In this document: piece after piece, positions 24,087-35,963 of the stretch | How the letters are laid out: every line of letters begins with the position of its first letter | How positions within the stretch are numbered: the first letter of the stretch is position 1 | Origin: Lepidodermella squamata | Taxonomy: Eukaryota; Animalia; Gastrotricha | Assembly (NCBI GenBank): GCA_047495785.1 | Contig: JBLDXI010000015.1 | Coordinates: 2,542,001-2,606,000 of the forward strand | Length of the DNA stretch: 64,000 bases | Direction: 5' to 3' | Notes under the pieces: generated by a model | Databases searched by the model: none | What the model was told of the DNA's origin: nothing | What the model saw: the letters and a program-made list of their open reading frames with translations, nothing else | Program-made: the position numbers and the translations under genes

Positions 24087-27000
24087 TCAAACTGAAGGCA
24101 TAATAGTTTTCTCCGGCTGCGGCGGTATCACGATGAACAGGTAGAAGGGCGTGAGGACGCAGACGCAGAACGCAACCACGAAGATGTAACGGTCGATGAC
24201 GGTGAGCAGCGAGTTCCAGACCTCGCGCGACAACTCGCGCAGCTGCCGGTCCGCCAGGTCGTCGCTGAGTTTCCGCAGCAGCGCCACGTCCTCGTAGACG
24301 CCCGACAGCGACTTGAGAAGGCCGGCGCACGTCGCGCAGTCGTCGTTACTGTGCCGCCCGGCGCCGGGCATTTTCCCCGATATTTGAGTTAAGTTTCTGT
24401 GGGAAAAATTCAACATTATCATTGTTGAGAAATTTGAGAAATTTTATTCACATTTATAATAACTTTTAAAGGAGGTTTGATGGTATAAATAGGAGCCTGC
24501 ATAAGGCTGGCATTGTTAAGGAAGTTTGCCGGAGAAAAAGGCAGCCCAAAAAAGAAAAAGGGGAAAAGCCAGAAAAAAAAGAAAAAAAACCTGGCGTGAA
24601 GAAATGTGAAAAATTCGAAATCAAAATTGTCCCCGATTTACAATCGCGAAGAGGCTAAATAAAAAATTATTATTATTATTTAATATTATTAATTTTAAAT
24701 ATCCGCCTTAACTCTCGACTTTATAATTTAACTTCATGCGAAAAAAATAATCTCTGTGGTAACCCTGAAGATGGTTATGGTAAATAACCGAAACGTTGGA
24801 AATAAACTTATAGCGCTCAACTTCATCAATCGTTTGTACTCCAAAAAACTGGTTATCAAAAAATAATCTTTCAAGCTAATAACTGAAAATTTGAGGTCGA
24901 GCTTTGAAAGTTCAGCGCTAAATTTACACAAATTATTCGTTCTAATCTAAATTCTCAGATTTTTAATGATTATGCAGAACAGATAGACCTCACTATTACG
25001 CGCTATGAGAGTTCACTTTACGAATTAGGATTCACTCCGAAGAGCCATCAATATCGATTCGAAGTGTCAATTCAACCAATTTTGTGATTCTCCAAAATCA
25101 GCAGTCTCGGTAGCAAAAATTGAACATTTCCAGCGGCTGGATGCATGATTTTACCGTATAGCCGTACAAAAATTCAGGGCTAAATTCAGGCTGAATTTAC
25201 GCGTTGGGCAAGAACTATTAAAACTTTCCGAGTTCGAAATTTTGATAGTTTTCAAAGGTTGATTTTTCCTATCGAAGACGTATTTTGAACCTGTTTTATT
25301 GCGCTCGGTCGAATCTTGAACAAGTGGGATTTCTTTGGATTCGCCACTGGAATTCTCACAAGTCTTTCAGAATATCTTTTAGCGGAACCAATTTTTCGCA
25401 TTATGCGGAACCAAAGTCGAAATATTTTTGAATAATTTTACGAATTTTAAGCGAAGCATGAGTTCTGAGTTGAACCCTCTGTCTTATAGAGAATGTAACG
25501 CTGAATTTACTGACGACTTTTTTAATCATTGTGGTCAATCTTTACCCGCAAAAAATATCGGAATATCGATTTCAGGCCACTAGAAAATTCCAAAATTTGG
25601 TTCTGCTATGGCAAATTAGGTTCCGCTCACTCTAAATTTGGTTCCGATAAAAGGAATCCCCAAATTCTTTGTTATATTTTTTCGCTCTTATATTTTAAAA
25701 TCTTTGTTTCTCTCAGTTATGAAGCAAGGTTCTCACTTTTGAAAAATATTCTATGTATACTTACGTTAAATTTGACGGTGAAAAGTGCATTTGCTCGTTG
25801 TCGAACCGCGACGTTAGCTCGTTGAGTTGCGCTGACCACGGGTAAGCAACGCCCGCATGAGTCGCAGCGTTCCAACCGATCGGGCCGCCATTGAACGAAT
25901 GACTAGTCCTAACGTTAACATAATCCGGCTGCTGGCGTATCGTCTGGCAACCTGAAGCGTTGAAAATCTCTCGCTGTGTCAGGCTCGATTTGATACCCAT
26001 GCCACAATTCAAGTTCCCGTGGCTGTTAGATTGCGGCACTCTCGGAATGGTAAGCGGCGAGGGCGGTAGAACGACCTGGTTTCGCCGCCGATTTCTCCTC
26101 GCCGCTCGTCTATCCACCGTTATTCGACCCTTATTCTCCAAAAGCCGACGAAGTTCAAGGTATTTTGCTTGATGCTTCTCAGATCTGAAGAAGACAAATC
26201 GGCCTAGGATGTCAACTACGCCATTCCACAGCCACCGGGGTGGGCATGACCCGGTTGCTTTTTCGAGGCAATTTGCGGTTAGGAAGGCTTCGATTAAGGA
26301 GGCGGCGATTAGGCCCATTACTACGTCGACGTAAATTGCGATGAGTGGCACACTGTCGGAGGTTTTCGGCATATTTTCAGATACAGAAACATGGACGACC
26401 TAATGTTTTGAGAAAGAAAAAATTATGAAAGCTAAAAGCTGAATAAAAGAGTTTAGTTTTTATTTTTTCCCAAATTTTACCGAATATTCCAGAATTTTTG
26501 TCTAAAATAGAATCCAAAATTGTCCCACTTCATTCAAATATTTAGTGAATTGTTACTTATAATAGATAAAATTCGAAATATTGCTCAATTTGGCGGACGT
26601 ATCAGCAATTATTTCCCAGCCTTGTTTTCCAAAATAATTTTCGGAATTAATATTGTTTTGCGATCCTCGAAAAAGATGACTCATGTCAAAATTGTCCCAC
26701 GTTTCGATCACCAATTATTTATTTTTCGCAATTTTTCCGAATTTTGAAACTTACTGAAAATGCGATTAAGGTAGTAGTAGCGAATGCGATTCGATTGCTG
26801 TCAGCAACCGGCAGCAAATGGGAGCAAACTTGAAGTGCTGAAAGCGCTAGAGCCGGCATTATAGTATACGTAACATAGTAAAGCGGCTTTCGATGAAGAC
26901 GTAGCACGAAATCTATCCTCGAGAAACTGTACAAACCAGCCTCATAACTGAAATTAAACGATCAATTCATCTTTGAAATTTGAAAGATGGTCTCGCTTAC

Positions 27001-28359
27001 GATACGACGTAGGTTTTCGCCAATACGCCGGTAACATTCCACTGTTGATCTGGGACGTAATGAGCCTGACTCAGCACCATCGACTGGCCGGTAATATTGA
27101 GGAAATCACTCGGGTAACTCCAGGATTCGAAGCGGTAGAAACACGTTTGATTATCGAACGGGAAATAAGTGACCTAATTCGTGACAATTTGGTGAAAAAA
27201 AACCGGAAAAATTCGAGTTTTCGAGTGTTACATCAAGTTCACATCGAGCAGCGAATTTGCCAGCAGGAACCCATATCACATTGCCGTTGTAGTCGACCAC
27301 GGCTGGAAATCGATAGTCCCGTGTTATCGAATACATATCAGCAGACTATGGAAAAATTTGAACTTCGAGGTAAAATTATGAAATTTTAAAAAGAATCACA
27401 TTAATTAAGCCGATATCTGGTATCCAAATATTTGCACTCGGCACGACAATCCACTCAATTCCGCCGAACATCTTCGGATCCCATGATAGCCTTTCGTCTT
27501 TCCATGCCTGAAAAAATATTTAGAACCACGCAAAAATTTAGAAGATTTTTTTACGATTTTAAGGTAGCCGCTTAGAATAATTTCTTGATCTCGTTCGACG
27601 AGTTGATTGATTTTCATGATCATCATATCGACGCTAACTTGAACGCTGGAGCCGAGGGTTTGAGCCGGTCTTGCATCGCGGATATACGAGTCGAAGAGGC
27701 CGCGAAATAGCCGGCTTTCCCATTCATCTATAAAAATTAAAAAATAAATCATAAAAATCAGATGAAAATTAATACTCATTGGTAATGATTGGCAGGCGTT
27801 AATTTGTAGGTTAGAACAGCCGCTACTATGAAATCAATTTAATTATGCGGTTAGTATATTCCTTGCAGAGCATTTTGCTTTTACTACAGCTTTTGCAAAA
27901 CATTCAAAAATATGCAAAAAACTATCATATCCCTAGCTATCTCGCATGTCTACCAGCAACAACATAGCAGTTACCTGCGCGAGGTTTTTTGATACCAGCT
28001 AATGATCAAATTATTTATCAGCAAAATAGGTTGCTAAGGTTATTTTAATTTTTCCCACCACTTACATAGTGTAACTGAGTCGCTTGGGACGAGAATCGAG
28101 TCATTTTGAAGACCGTCAGCGAGCAAAAATGAAGTCGAAAGCAAAAAAACCAATTTTATTTGAAAAATAAAGCCATAAAAACCTAGATTGACCTCCATTT
28201 CCTGAAAAAATTGTAAAAAAAATCGGAATTATTTATAAAAAATGTAAAAAATAAAATATAAATATAAAAAATATTAATAATTAGTTTTATATATTGGGGG
28301 TAACAAAAAACAGAATAGATGATCAGCAATACTGCGCCGCCGACTTGGCCCAGCCGCAT
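24087..28359 (-). CDS. Cys-loop ligand-gated ion channel subunit (nAChR-like, non-alpha), close paralog of 17148-21408
   Basis: Exons 27727-27555, 27507-27400, 27345-27232, 27173-27001, ~26947-26755, ~26398-25765 and ~24396-24087 splice in phase. Cys-loop CELDVTYFPFDNQTC. The 5' exons and start (MRLGQVGGAVLLII) are less certain. Confidence 0.9.
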
Positions 28360-30501
28360 GCATAAAACTTCGGCCGAAACTATCACTCGACCATGAAATC
28401 AGACGCGTCCAAAGGAAAAATTCAACGCCCCCGCTGTAATCATGCAGCTATATTTTATCAATGCATGCCTATCATCTCGCATGCATCAGTATCAATGTAT
28501 CGACAATAAGTATATGCGCAATTTATTGACCCTATTTAGCCGCTAAAATTTTGTAACTCCATTCGACCTAATTTTTCCTGTTTTTTCCTAATATTATATG
28601 ATAAGTTATGCTATGTAACGAATCTTACGTCTGACTGATTTGATAAATTGACTGCATCGAATTATTTTTAGCTATCGTCTCAATTTGGTTAATTCAATAA
28701 TAATAAAGTTTTTTCAAATTTGCATAAGGGAAAAATTTTATTTTACATTTTGAGAATGCAAAATCCAGGCCCGCTTGTGCCAGGGTCATTACGGATTTTT
28801 CTGTCATTTTGACCGTGCCGCCCAGACTATCGAGGGACACCGTAGCTCTTAGCAGTTGTAAATAAAACAACATGATCATAATTTTGGGGCAAATATTTTC
28901 CGAAGATAATGCGTTGTTAAACAGTCTCAACTTCATCATGCGACCACTCTTGAGAATTGAGAATTCAGCAAGCATTAATGTGTGGACTTTTGTCTCGATA
29001 TACAACACTATGGGACAACTTGATGGGCGGGAAATATTGACTTTCCTATATATAATAAGTGTCGTTTCGGCAATATTTTGCAGCGTTCTAATAAGCTTAT
29101 AAAGGTCAACTTTGCTATGCAATCGTTTTTCCCGGTCCAGCATAATTCTAAACAAAAATATTCTAGATAATAACGCAATTATGCATCGATTTGTTCTGAG
29201 AAAAATAAAGCTGGAGCGAAAGTCAGCCTTCATCTTTCATCTGGTCGACCTAATTCTTCGCAACTAAATATACAACAGACGAGAAAATATAATAGGAAAA
29301 AAAACCAAATAAATGCTTTGTTTTATTTCCTGTTTATGGCGATTATTCGAGCCCATCAAACAAGTGCCTGTGGGTTTACACAACGGTTTACGATGCACGC
29401 AATAAAAAACAATGCGCGATTTGTTAACGCCTCGTAACTTGATCAGGGGCGTGGAATAACGGGGTTAATAGCCGCTGGCTGAAATATAATGTCCGCAAAA
29501 AAAAAAAGAAAAAATACGCATTTTTATTTTTTTTTATATTAAAAATTCGTGAAAAACATGTCCCGGTATTCCATTCGAGTTTTGCGAAAATTAGCAAAAT
29601 CAAGAGGTGAAGCATCGATTTTCTTTCTTTGCAGATAACACGTGCTGCTGCTGATCGATACGAGTCCGACTTGAACGATATCTTGCTGAAAAATATGCGG
29701 CTAATATATAGCGGATATAGAGATAAATTTTCCACGTTTGACCTTGAAGCGAAGTTAATTCTTTCATTCATCATTACTGCGCGCATTGCCTCGGAGCAGT
29801 TCTTTCATATTTCCGGTAATTTTTTTGTAATTAGTTTTGAGCAAATAAAGAGCGCTCGTGCAAGGCTCATTATAAAATAATTAGTAATCGGTGTATGCGG
29901 TGTGATCTTCCCTTGGAAACCACACGCGTGCGGTAACTGTTTGTTTTAGACCACCCGCCGCAAACCTGAGTACTATATCAATTGAAAATCACAGCTAGTA
30001 TCGAAAAATTTGGTTCATTCGACTAGTGCAAAAATAAGGGGTACGCAAATAGCATCATAATTCAAGCTTAAAGGTGGTTTGGATTTTTTTTATAAGAGCT
30101 TGTTATCTGTTCACGGATAAATCCTGATTGGCAATTAGAAGCGATCGATTCAGCTCAGAGAACTCTTTGAGGCTTAATTTCCTTTGCAGAATCGTTTTAG
30201 CCTCGGGCTGTGACGTTGATTTTAATATAGGACATGATAAAATAAATTGGGGCATCGCGCAAATTCCTTTATGGCCATACCTTTCCCTCTCAAAGCGCAG
30301 GTGCATTCTTAAAAGCTGAAATACCTAGGGAAAAACAGACCGTTTTCAAGTATTTTGATTGATGTTTTATCTAAAAAACAGGCAAATTGCGATCGTTTTG
30401 ATCCCCGCCTGAATTACCGTGCTAAAATAGGATTTGATTTCATCTTCTTCTCAGGACTAGTCTTTTATTTTAACCTGTTTTCTGCCTAGTAATTCCAGGC
30501 C

Positions 30502-32643
30502 ATGTATCTCCCCACGGCGAAACTGATATTCGTCTTGGCTATTGGAATTTCGGCTGGCAACGCAACCACGAGCGGAATTTCTGACACAGTTATTGGCTTC
30601 TCCAACCCTTCGGCATCCAATGGTTAGCTGAATTCCCCTATCTTCGAAATTTCAAATAATTTCAGAATCTTCCACAGATTCTTTAGAATTGAAGTCGGAA
30701 ACAGAGTTGGTCCGGTACCTTTTCAAAAATTACTCGAGCGATTGCAGGCCACGCCGAGACGCTTCGCAGCAAATCGTCATTTCTATAGGAATCAGCTTCT
30801 ATGCATTAAATGAAATAGTGAGTTTTTCAATAAAAAAAAATTACAAAATGAGAGTGCAAAATGTCCCGAAATTAAGGTTCGAGCCCTGAATCTTTCGAGA
30901 TTTTGCTCTGAAATATGACTTTTTAATTATCATGCCCTGACGAAAGATCTCATTTTTCTGCGTACTTTGATCTATGATAGATCAGTTTACTAGTTATATC
31001 TCGGCCTCTAGAGCCGATATCGATTTTCATTATCGATTTTATAAATCAGTGATATTTCCGATATTAGAAGTCTTTGAAGCCAGTGCTGAAAATGTTTCCG
31101 CTTAGCTGAGGGTACCAGGAGCTAAACTATAAAATCCTGGGCCTATAAAGGGTTATCATTATCAATTAAGTAAGGGAAATGTCAAATTGAATTTAGCTCT
31201 TATAATAAACTGCCTCAAAAATGTTGACCCTGTAATAATTATTTTAATAGTTTTAATTCGATTTATTATAATTTTTTTAGATTGAGAGAACGCATCAAAT
31301 TATAGCAACAGCCTCCTTAACAGTTCAGTGGTGGGACGAATTTTTAGCATGGGAAGGAACACCCTACGCCAGCGTTAAAATGTTCGCCTATCCTAACACA
31401 AAAATCTGGCTACCCGACATAGCGCTAACAAATTCCGGCGATTTATACGCGCTAATGAACTCAAGAGGCATGATGGCCGTCATTCATTCAAATGGCGCCG
31501 TTGAATACTTCCCAGAGGCCACGGTGACTACATTCTGCCAATTTGACCTCACATTTTTCCCATTCGACACGCAAATTTGCGACTACAAATTCGAAAGTTG
31601 GAGTTACATTCTGCCGCAGCAAATGTTTAAATTAGCCAACCCGCCGATTAATCTACATCGTTATGGCGATAATGAGCAGTGGGACCTGATTGATACCTAC
31701 GCTAGGGCATTTAATGTCTGCTACATTTACACAAATACGCTATCATATTGCTACCCGGCCGCAACTTTCCGGCTGTTATTGAAGCGAAAATCTGGTTATT
31801 ACACGATTATGATCATTATTCCGTCGATTATTTTCTCCGGCGTTGAACTGGTCGCCTTTGCCCTGCCGCTGGCTGAAGTTACGAAAATGCAGATTATTTT
31901 TACGTGTCTGCTGTCCTATGCCGTGTTTCAAACAACAGTAAGGGCTGATATGCCGCGGACGTCAGAGCACGATCCTTGGATGTCAATTTATTTCGATTTG
32001 CAAATGGCATTTATTGCTTATACACTGATCGGCGAGGCACTAGTTTTCATCATACAACAAGAAGCCTTCAGTGGAAAAGTAAATTTTTTGAACAATTATT
32101 TAATTTTAAATTTTAAATTGAAAAATTGCAATTTTTTAATTTTTTTTAATACTTTTTAATTGATTTTAAAATTCTACCTAAATTTATATTTTTACTGACT
32201 AACCTGGTTTTTATTTTTCTCAGAAAGCGCCTGAGTGGTTGATGAAAGCGCTATGCATCCAAAAATCTGCCTACGCGAAGCAGTCCACAAAATCTTACAG
32301 CCCAAAAACACCCGAGACTAAGGACGATAATCACGTTGAAATGTCGCAAATGAGCGAGCTGGTTCCTAACGGTGCAAGCGTGTCTCGAACCGTTGATATG
32401 GAGGTTTACCCGATACGAAACGTCCTCAGCCTCCAGACGGCTAAAATCGACGCGGCTGCTAATGAGGAGGACTGCAATAGCCCGGCAGTGATAGAGAGGA
32501 GAAAATGGCGGGCTTGTGCCTCGCGACTCGAATTTATTGTAGTCTCAACCTATGCGGCGGCTATTGTTGCAACGCCTTTCCTCATTTTTATAACGCTGCC
32601 ATCATTCGGGCCGCAACTCAAGCTGGAAGATATGAAAACTTGA
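30502..32643 (+). CDS. Cys-loop ligand-gated ion channel subunit (divergent nAChR-like)
   Basis: Signal peptide from ATG 30502 and four exons. Motifs IWLPDI, CQFDLTFFPFDTQIC, ESWSY and M1-M4. Confidence 0.92.
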
Positions 32644-33024
32644 TTGATCGGCATTTCAGTCTTTTTTTAAAACGAATTATTCGGTTTTTCCGGATCGTAC
32701 TTTATACTCTGCAATCAGCCGATATCGGTATTAAATTTTTTGTTATTTTACAATATGAGATCAATTATGCCATTTGTTTAAAACTTGCAATAAGTATCAA
32801 AAATTATTGTTTTTTAGGTAAATTTTGTGGTTTGAATAAATTTCACGGTGCCTTTCAGCGTGTTTCGCATAATATGTAAATGCAACTGTTTATTTTGTGT
32901 AAAAGCAGCCTCCTTAAAAATTGCAGCAGAATTCTGTCGTTCAATATGTGCCGTCTATCATTGTTTGCTCAGGCTTAATAATAGCGTGTATAAGAGTGCT
33001 ATAGCCTGCGCTGTTATGCACACA

Positions 33025-33098
33025 GGTTCCGTTGTGTAGTGGTTCATCACGTCTGCTTTACACGCAGAAGGTCGCGGGTTCGAACCCCGCCGGAACCT
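33025..33098 (+). tRNA. tRNA-Val(TAC)
   Basis: Full cloverleaf with acceptor GGTTCCG/CGGAACC, anticodon arm TCTGC-TT TAC AC-GCAGA and T-loop TTCGAAC. T-rich tract follows. Confidence 0.96.
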
Positions 33099-33470
33099 TA
33101 ATTGTTATTTTTATTTAATTTTTTTTTATTTTTATTTTTAGTTCACATTAAACTCTCAGCTTGCATGATGATTGCTTTCTGGCCTCTCAATAATATTTTG
33201 TACAAACAAAATTTACCAAAACCTCAATCAAACGCTCTCTCAGTGCAATTTAGTGGGTGAAATTATTGCGATAGAGGACACAGATAAAAACAGACTATAT
33301 GGGCGCGACTTTTTTGCCGGGTGGGAAGGGCAAGTCTTACGGAGATAACGGCAACCAATTTTTTGTCGCGAAGAGGGAAAAAACAGTTAGATAATCGGGT
33401 ATCAGCCGACTACCGTAACACGGCGGTAAAAAAGATGTTGAATAATCACACGAGGCGTACTTTTTATACC

Positions 33471-35790
33471 ATGAAGGATAATTACGCGATAATTACTGCT
33501 GTTTTAATAACTACCACCGCCTACTTCAGTGGTGGAGGGGCGTCTTTTTCTCCCAGCGACCGGAACAATTATTTCGCAGATCTTACCGAGCGGTCGGTAC
33601 GGCAATTAATCCTGAAAAATGACGAAACACTCGATTTTGAAGCCCTTCGAGAAATCACCCATCGGTTACTGCAACTCAACGAAGCGGCTAGATTTCGGCA
33701 TCCGGTGCAAAATTCAGAAATTCCAGCAGACTCGACGAATCGAGCCATGAGTAGCGAAAATTTGGCGATTAATGACTATCTGACTGTCAATGGGGTGCCA
33801 TCATCGACTCGGTTAATTGGTCTCAGTGCCGGCTGTGATATTTGTGCGTCGATTATCACAATAGCTGGGCCGATAGTTCAACTGGATTCAATTTGGCCTA
33901 GCGCAGTCGAATTCGTAAAAGATGTATGCATCGAAACTGGGTTGTCAAAAATGGCATGCGACGGCTACATCGGCATACACGATGTAATATAGCAAATTGA
34001 ACTTTTTCGAAGAATTTTCTGAATTTTTTTATTTCAGCCGATATTTCGTTACCTTATGCCAAACGTGGTCAAGTCACCCTACAGCACGTGCAATCGTTTC
34101 CTCCCCAATCTTGGATGCGGAACTTTCGACCATTTTCATTCGTTGTGGGAGATCGAGCTGCCCGATCCTTTGCCGGTTGAAAAGCCGATTTTAGCTGTCT
34201 CAGACGGGTCAACATTGAAAACCTTGCTACTAACGGATATTCATATTGATTTGAAATATGAAGTTGGATCACCTGTTCAATGTACCGAAAATCAGTGCTG
34301 TAGAAACGACTCGACACCCATCGATTACGGTGAGCTTAAAATTACTGAATTTTTTCAATTTTTATTAATTTTTATTAAAAATAGCCGATGGTGTAATCCC
34401 TGGGAAAGACAGGGCGCCCTATTGGGGTGACTATAGGTCATGTGACCTTCCCACGTGGACATTTGATGACACCCTGCGTGAAATCAGTGAGAAACACGGC
34501 GGCGAAATTGATTTCATCTTCATGGCCGGCGACATTCCACCCCACGACAACTGGAACCAGTCGCGATTCGTTCACATGGAACTCATCGAAATGGTTGCGG
34601 ATAAGCTGGGCGAAAAATTCCCGGGAGTACCGGTTTATTTCGCGGCTGGTAATCACGAAATCGCCCCGGTTAATTCATACCCGCTTGAACAGGATCAGGA
34701 ATCATTTTCATCCCAATGGCTGATGGACAAATTCGCTGAGACTTGGGGCAGATGGCTTGGTCCGGAAATTGCTAATTCGACTGTAAAATTGTAAAACAAA
34801 TTTGAAAATTTTTGAAAATTTTTGAAAATTCAATTTTTTTGTTGAAGAGCTGGATTTTACACGACTTTATTGAAACCTGGCTGGAGACTAATTTCTATTA
34901 ATGACAATTATTGCCTGGGCACTAATTTGTGAGTACCTTTGGAAAAATTAATCAGAACAAATTGATCAATTTTTACAGCTATATGTACGCTCGACGCGAT
35001 ATTTCGGACCCATACGGCGTTTTGAAGTGGCTCGTCGAAATTTTGACTCAAGCCGAATTGGACGGCGAGCGGGTTCAAATACTCGGCCACATCCCGCCTG
35101 GCGATAGCGACTGTTTGCAGGCGTGGAGTTGGAACTACTATCGAATCATCAGCCGATTCGGTCACTTGATAACCGGCCAATTTTTCGGACATATCCACAA
35201 GGACTATTTCATCATGTTCTACGACGCGGAAACTCTGACAATACCTAAATCGGTTCTTTTCGTCGGACCGCCTGGAACGCCGTTTTCTAGAAATAATATC
35301 GGATACCGAATTTACGAATTTGACTCGAAAACTTTTGTAAGCATTAAAATGGCAAATTCTGTTGCGCAATATCGCTAATTTTTAGGATATGGCTAACTAT
35401 CATACCTACTACGCCGATATCGATGAAGCGAATTCCAGTGGTAATAAGGAAAAGCTACCCTGGAGACATGAATATTCCGCTCGAGAGGCGTATGACCTGC
35501 CTGATATGTCCGCTAAATCGTGGAGCGATTTTGCCCTTCGAATGCAGTCTAACACGAGTTTATTCGAAACTTATCGGAAACATTGGAAACTCACGCTGAG
35601 AGACATTTTGGAACCGTGCGGCATTGAGTGCCGGCGAAATCGCCTGTGCCAGATCTACCAGGGTCTATCAGCTACACCTGGCGAATCTTGGTGTCAGCGA
35701 TTTTTCCCGCGGGACATAAAACCGGCAGATGATAGTTCGAAACGGAAATGTTCAGCTAGATTTATCAAAAAATTAGATAAAAATGACTAA
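33471..35790 (+). CDS. SMPD1: Acid sphingomyelinase-like (saposin B plus metallophosphoesterase), paralog 1
   Basis: Saposin CDIC...C. Metal-ligand motifs DIHID, GDIPPH, GNHE, ILGHIPPG and FFGHIH are intact, and the exons splice in phase. Confidence 0.92.
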
Positions 35791-35821
35791 AAATTATTTT
35801 AATTATGATAATTGAATTTTG

Positions 35822-35864
35822 TTTATAAAACGTAACGTTACGTAAATGCGTTACGTTTTATAAA
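35822..35864. repeat. Perfect 16-bp inverted repeat (hairpin) between the SMPD1 paralogs
   Basis: TTTATAAAACGTAACG-N11-CGTTACGTTTTATAAA. Confidence 0.85.
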
Positions 35865-35963
35865 TAACATTTACTCGAAAAAACTTGTAATACGGATAAT
35901 TAAATTGCCAAAAATTAACGCAATTTTAAGGCGGCATTTTTTATTTTTTTTAGATTTTAAAAA

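Noticed and set aside
23923-24330. 135-aa Arg/Ala-rich ORF
   Set aside because: Alternative-frame shadow of the high-GC3 M4 exon.
24900-25650. Short inverted motifs (AAATTCAGC/GCTGAATTT; GCGGAACCAA/TTGGTTCCGC) in a long intron
   Set aside because: Probably decayed MITE fragments, but element boundaries and TSDs could not be defined.
28694-29233. 179-aa minus-strand ORF between the divergent channel genes
   Set aside because: No recognisable motif and AT-rich, intron-like composition. It cannot be supported without expression data.
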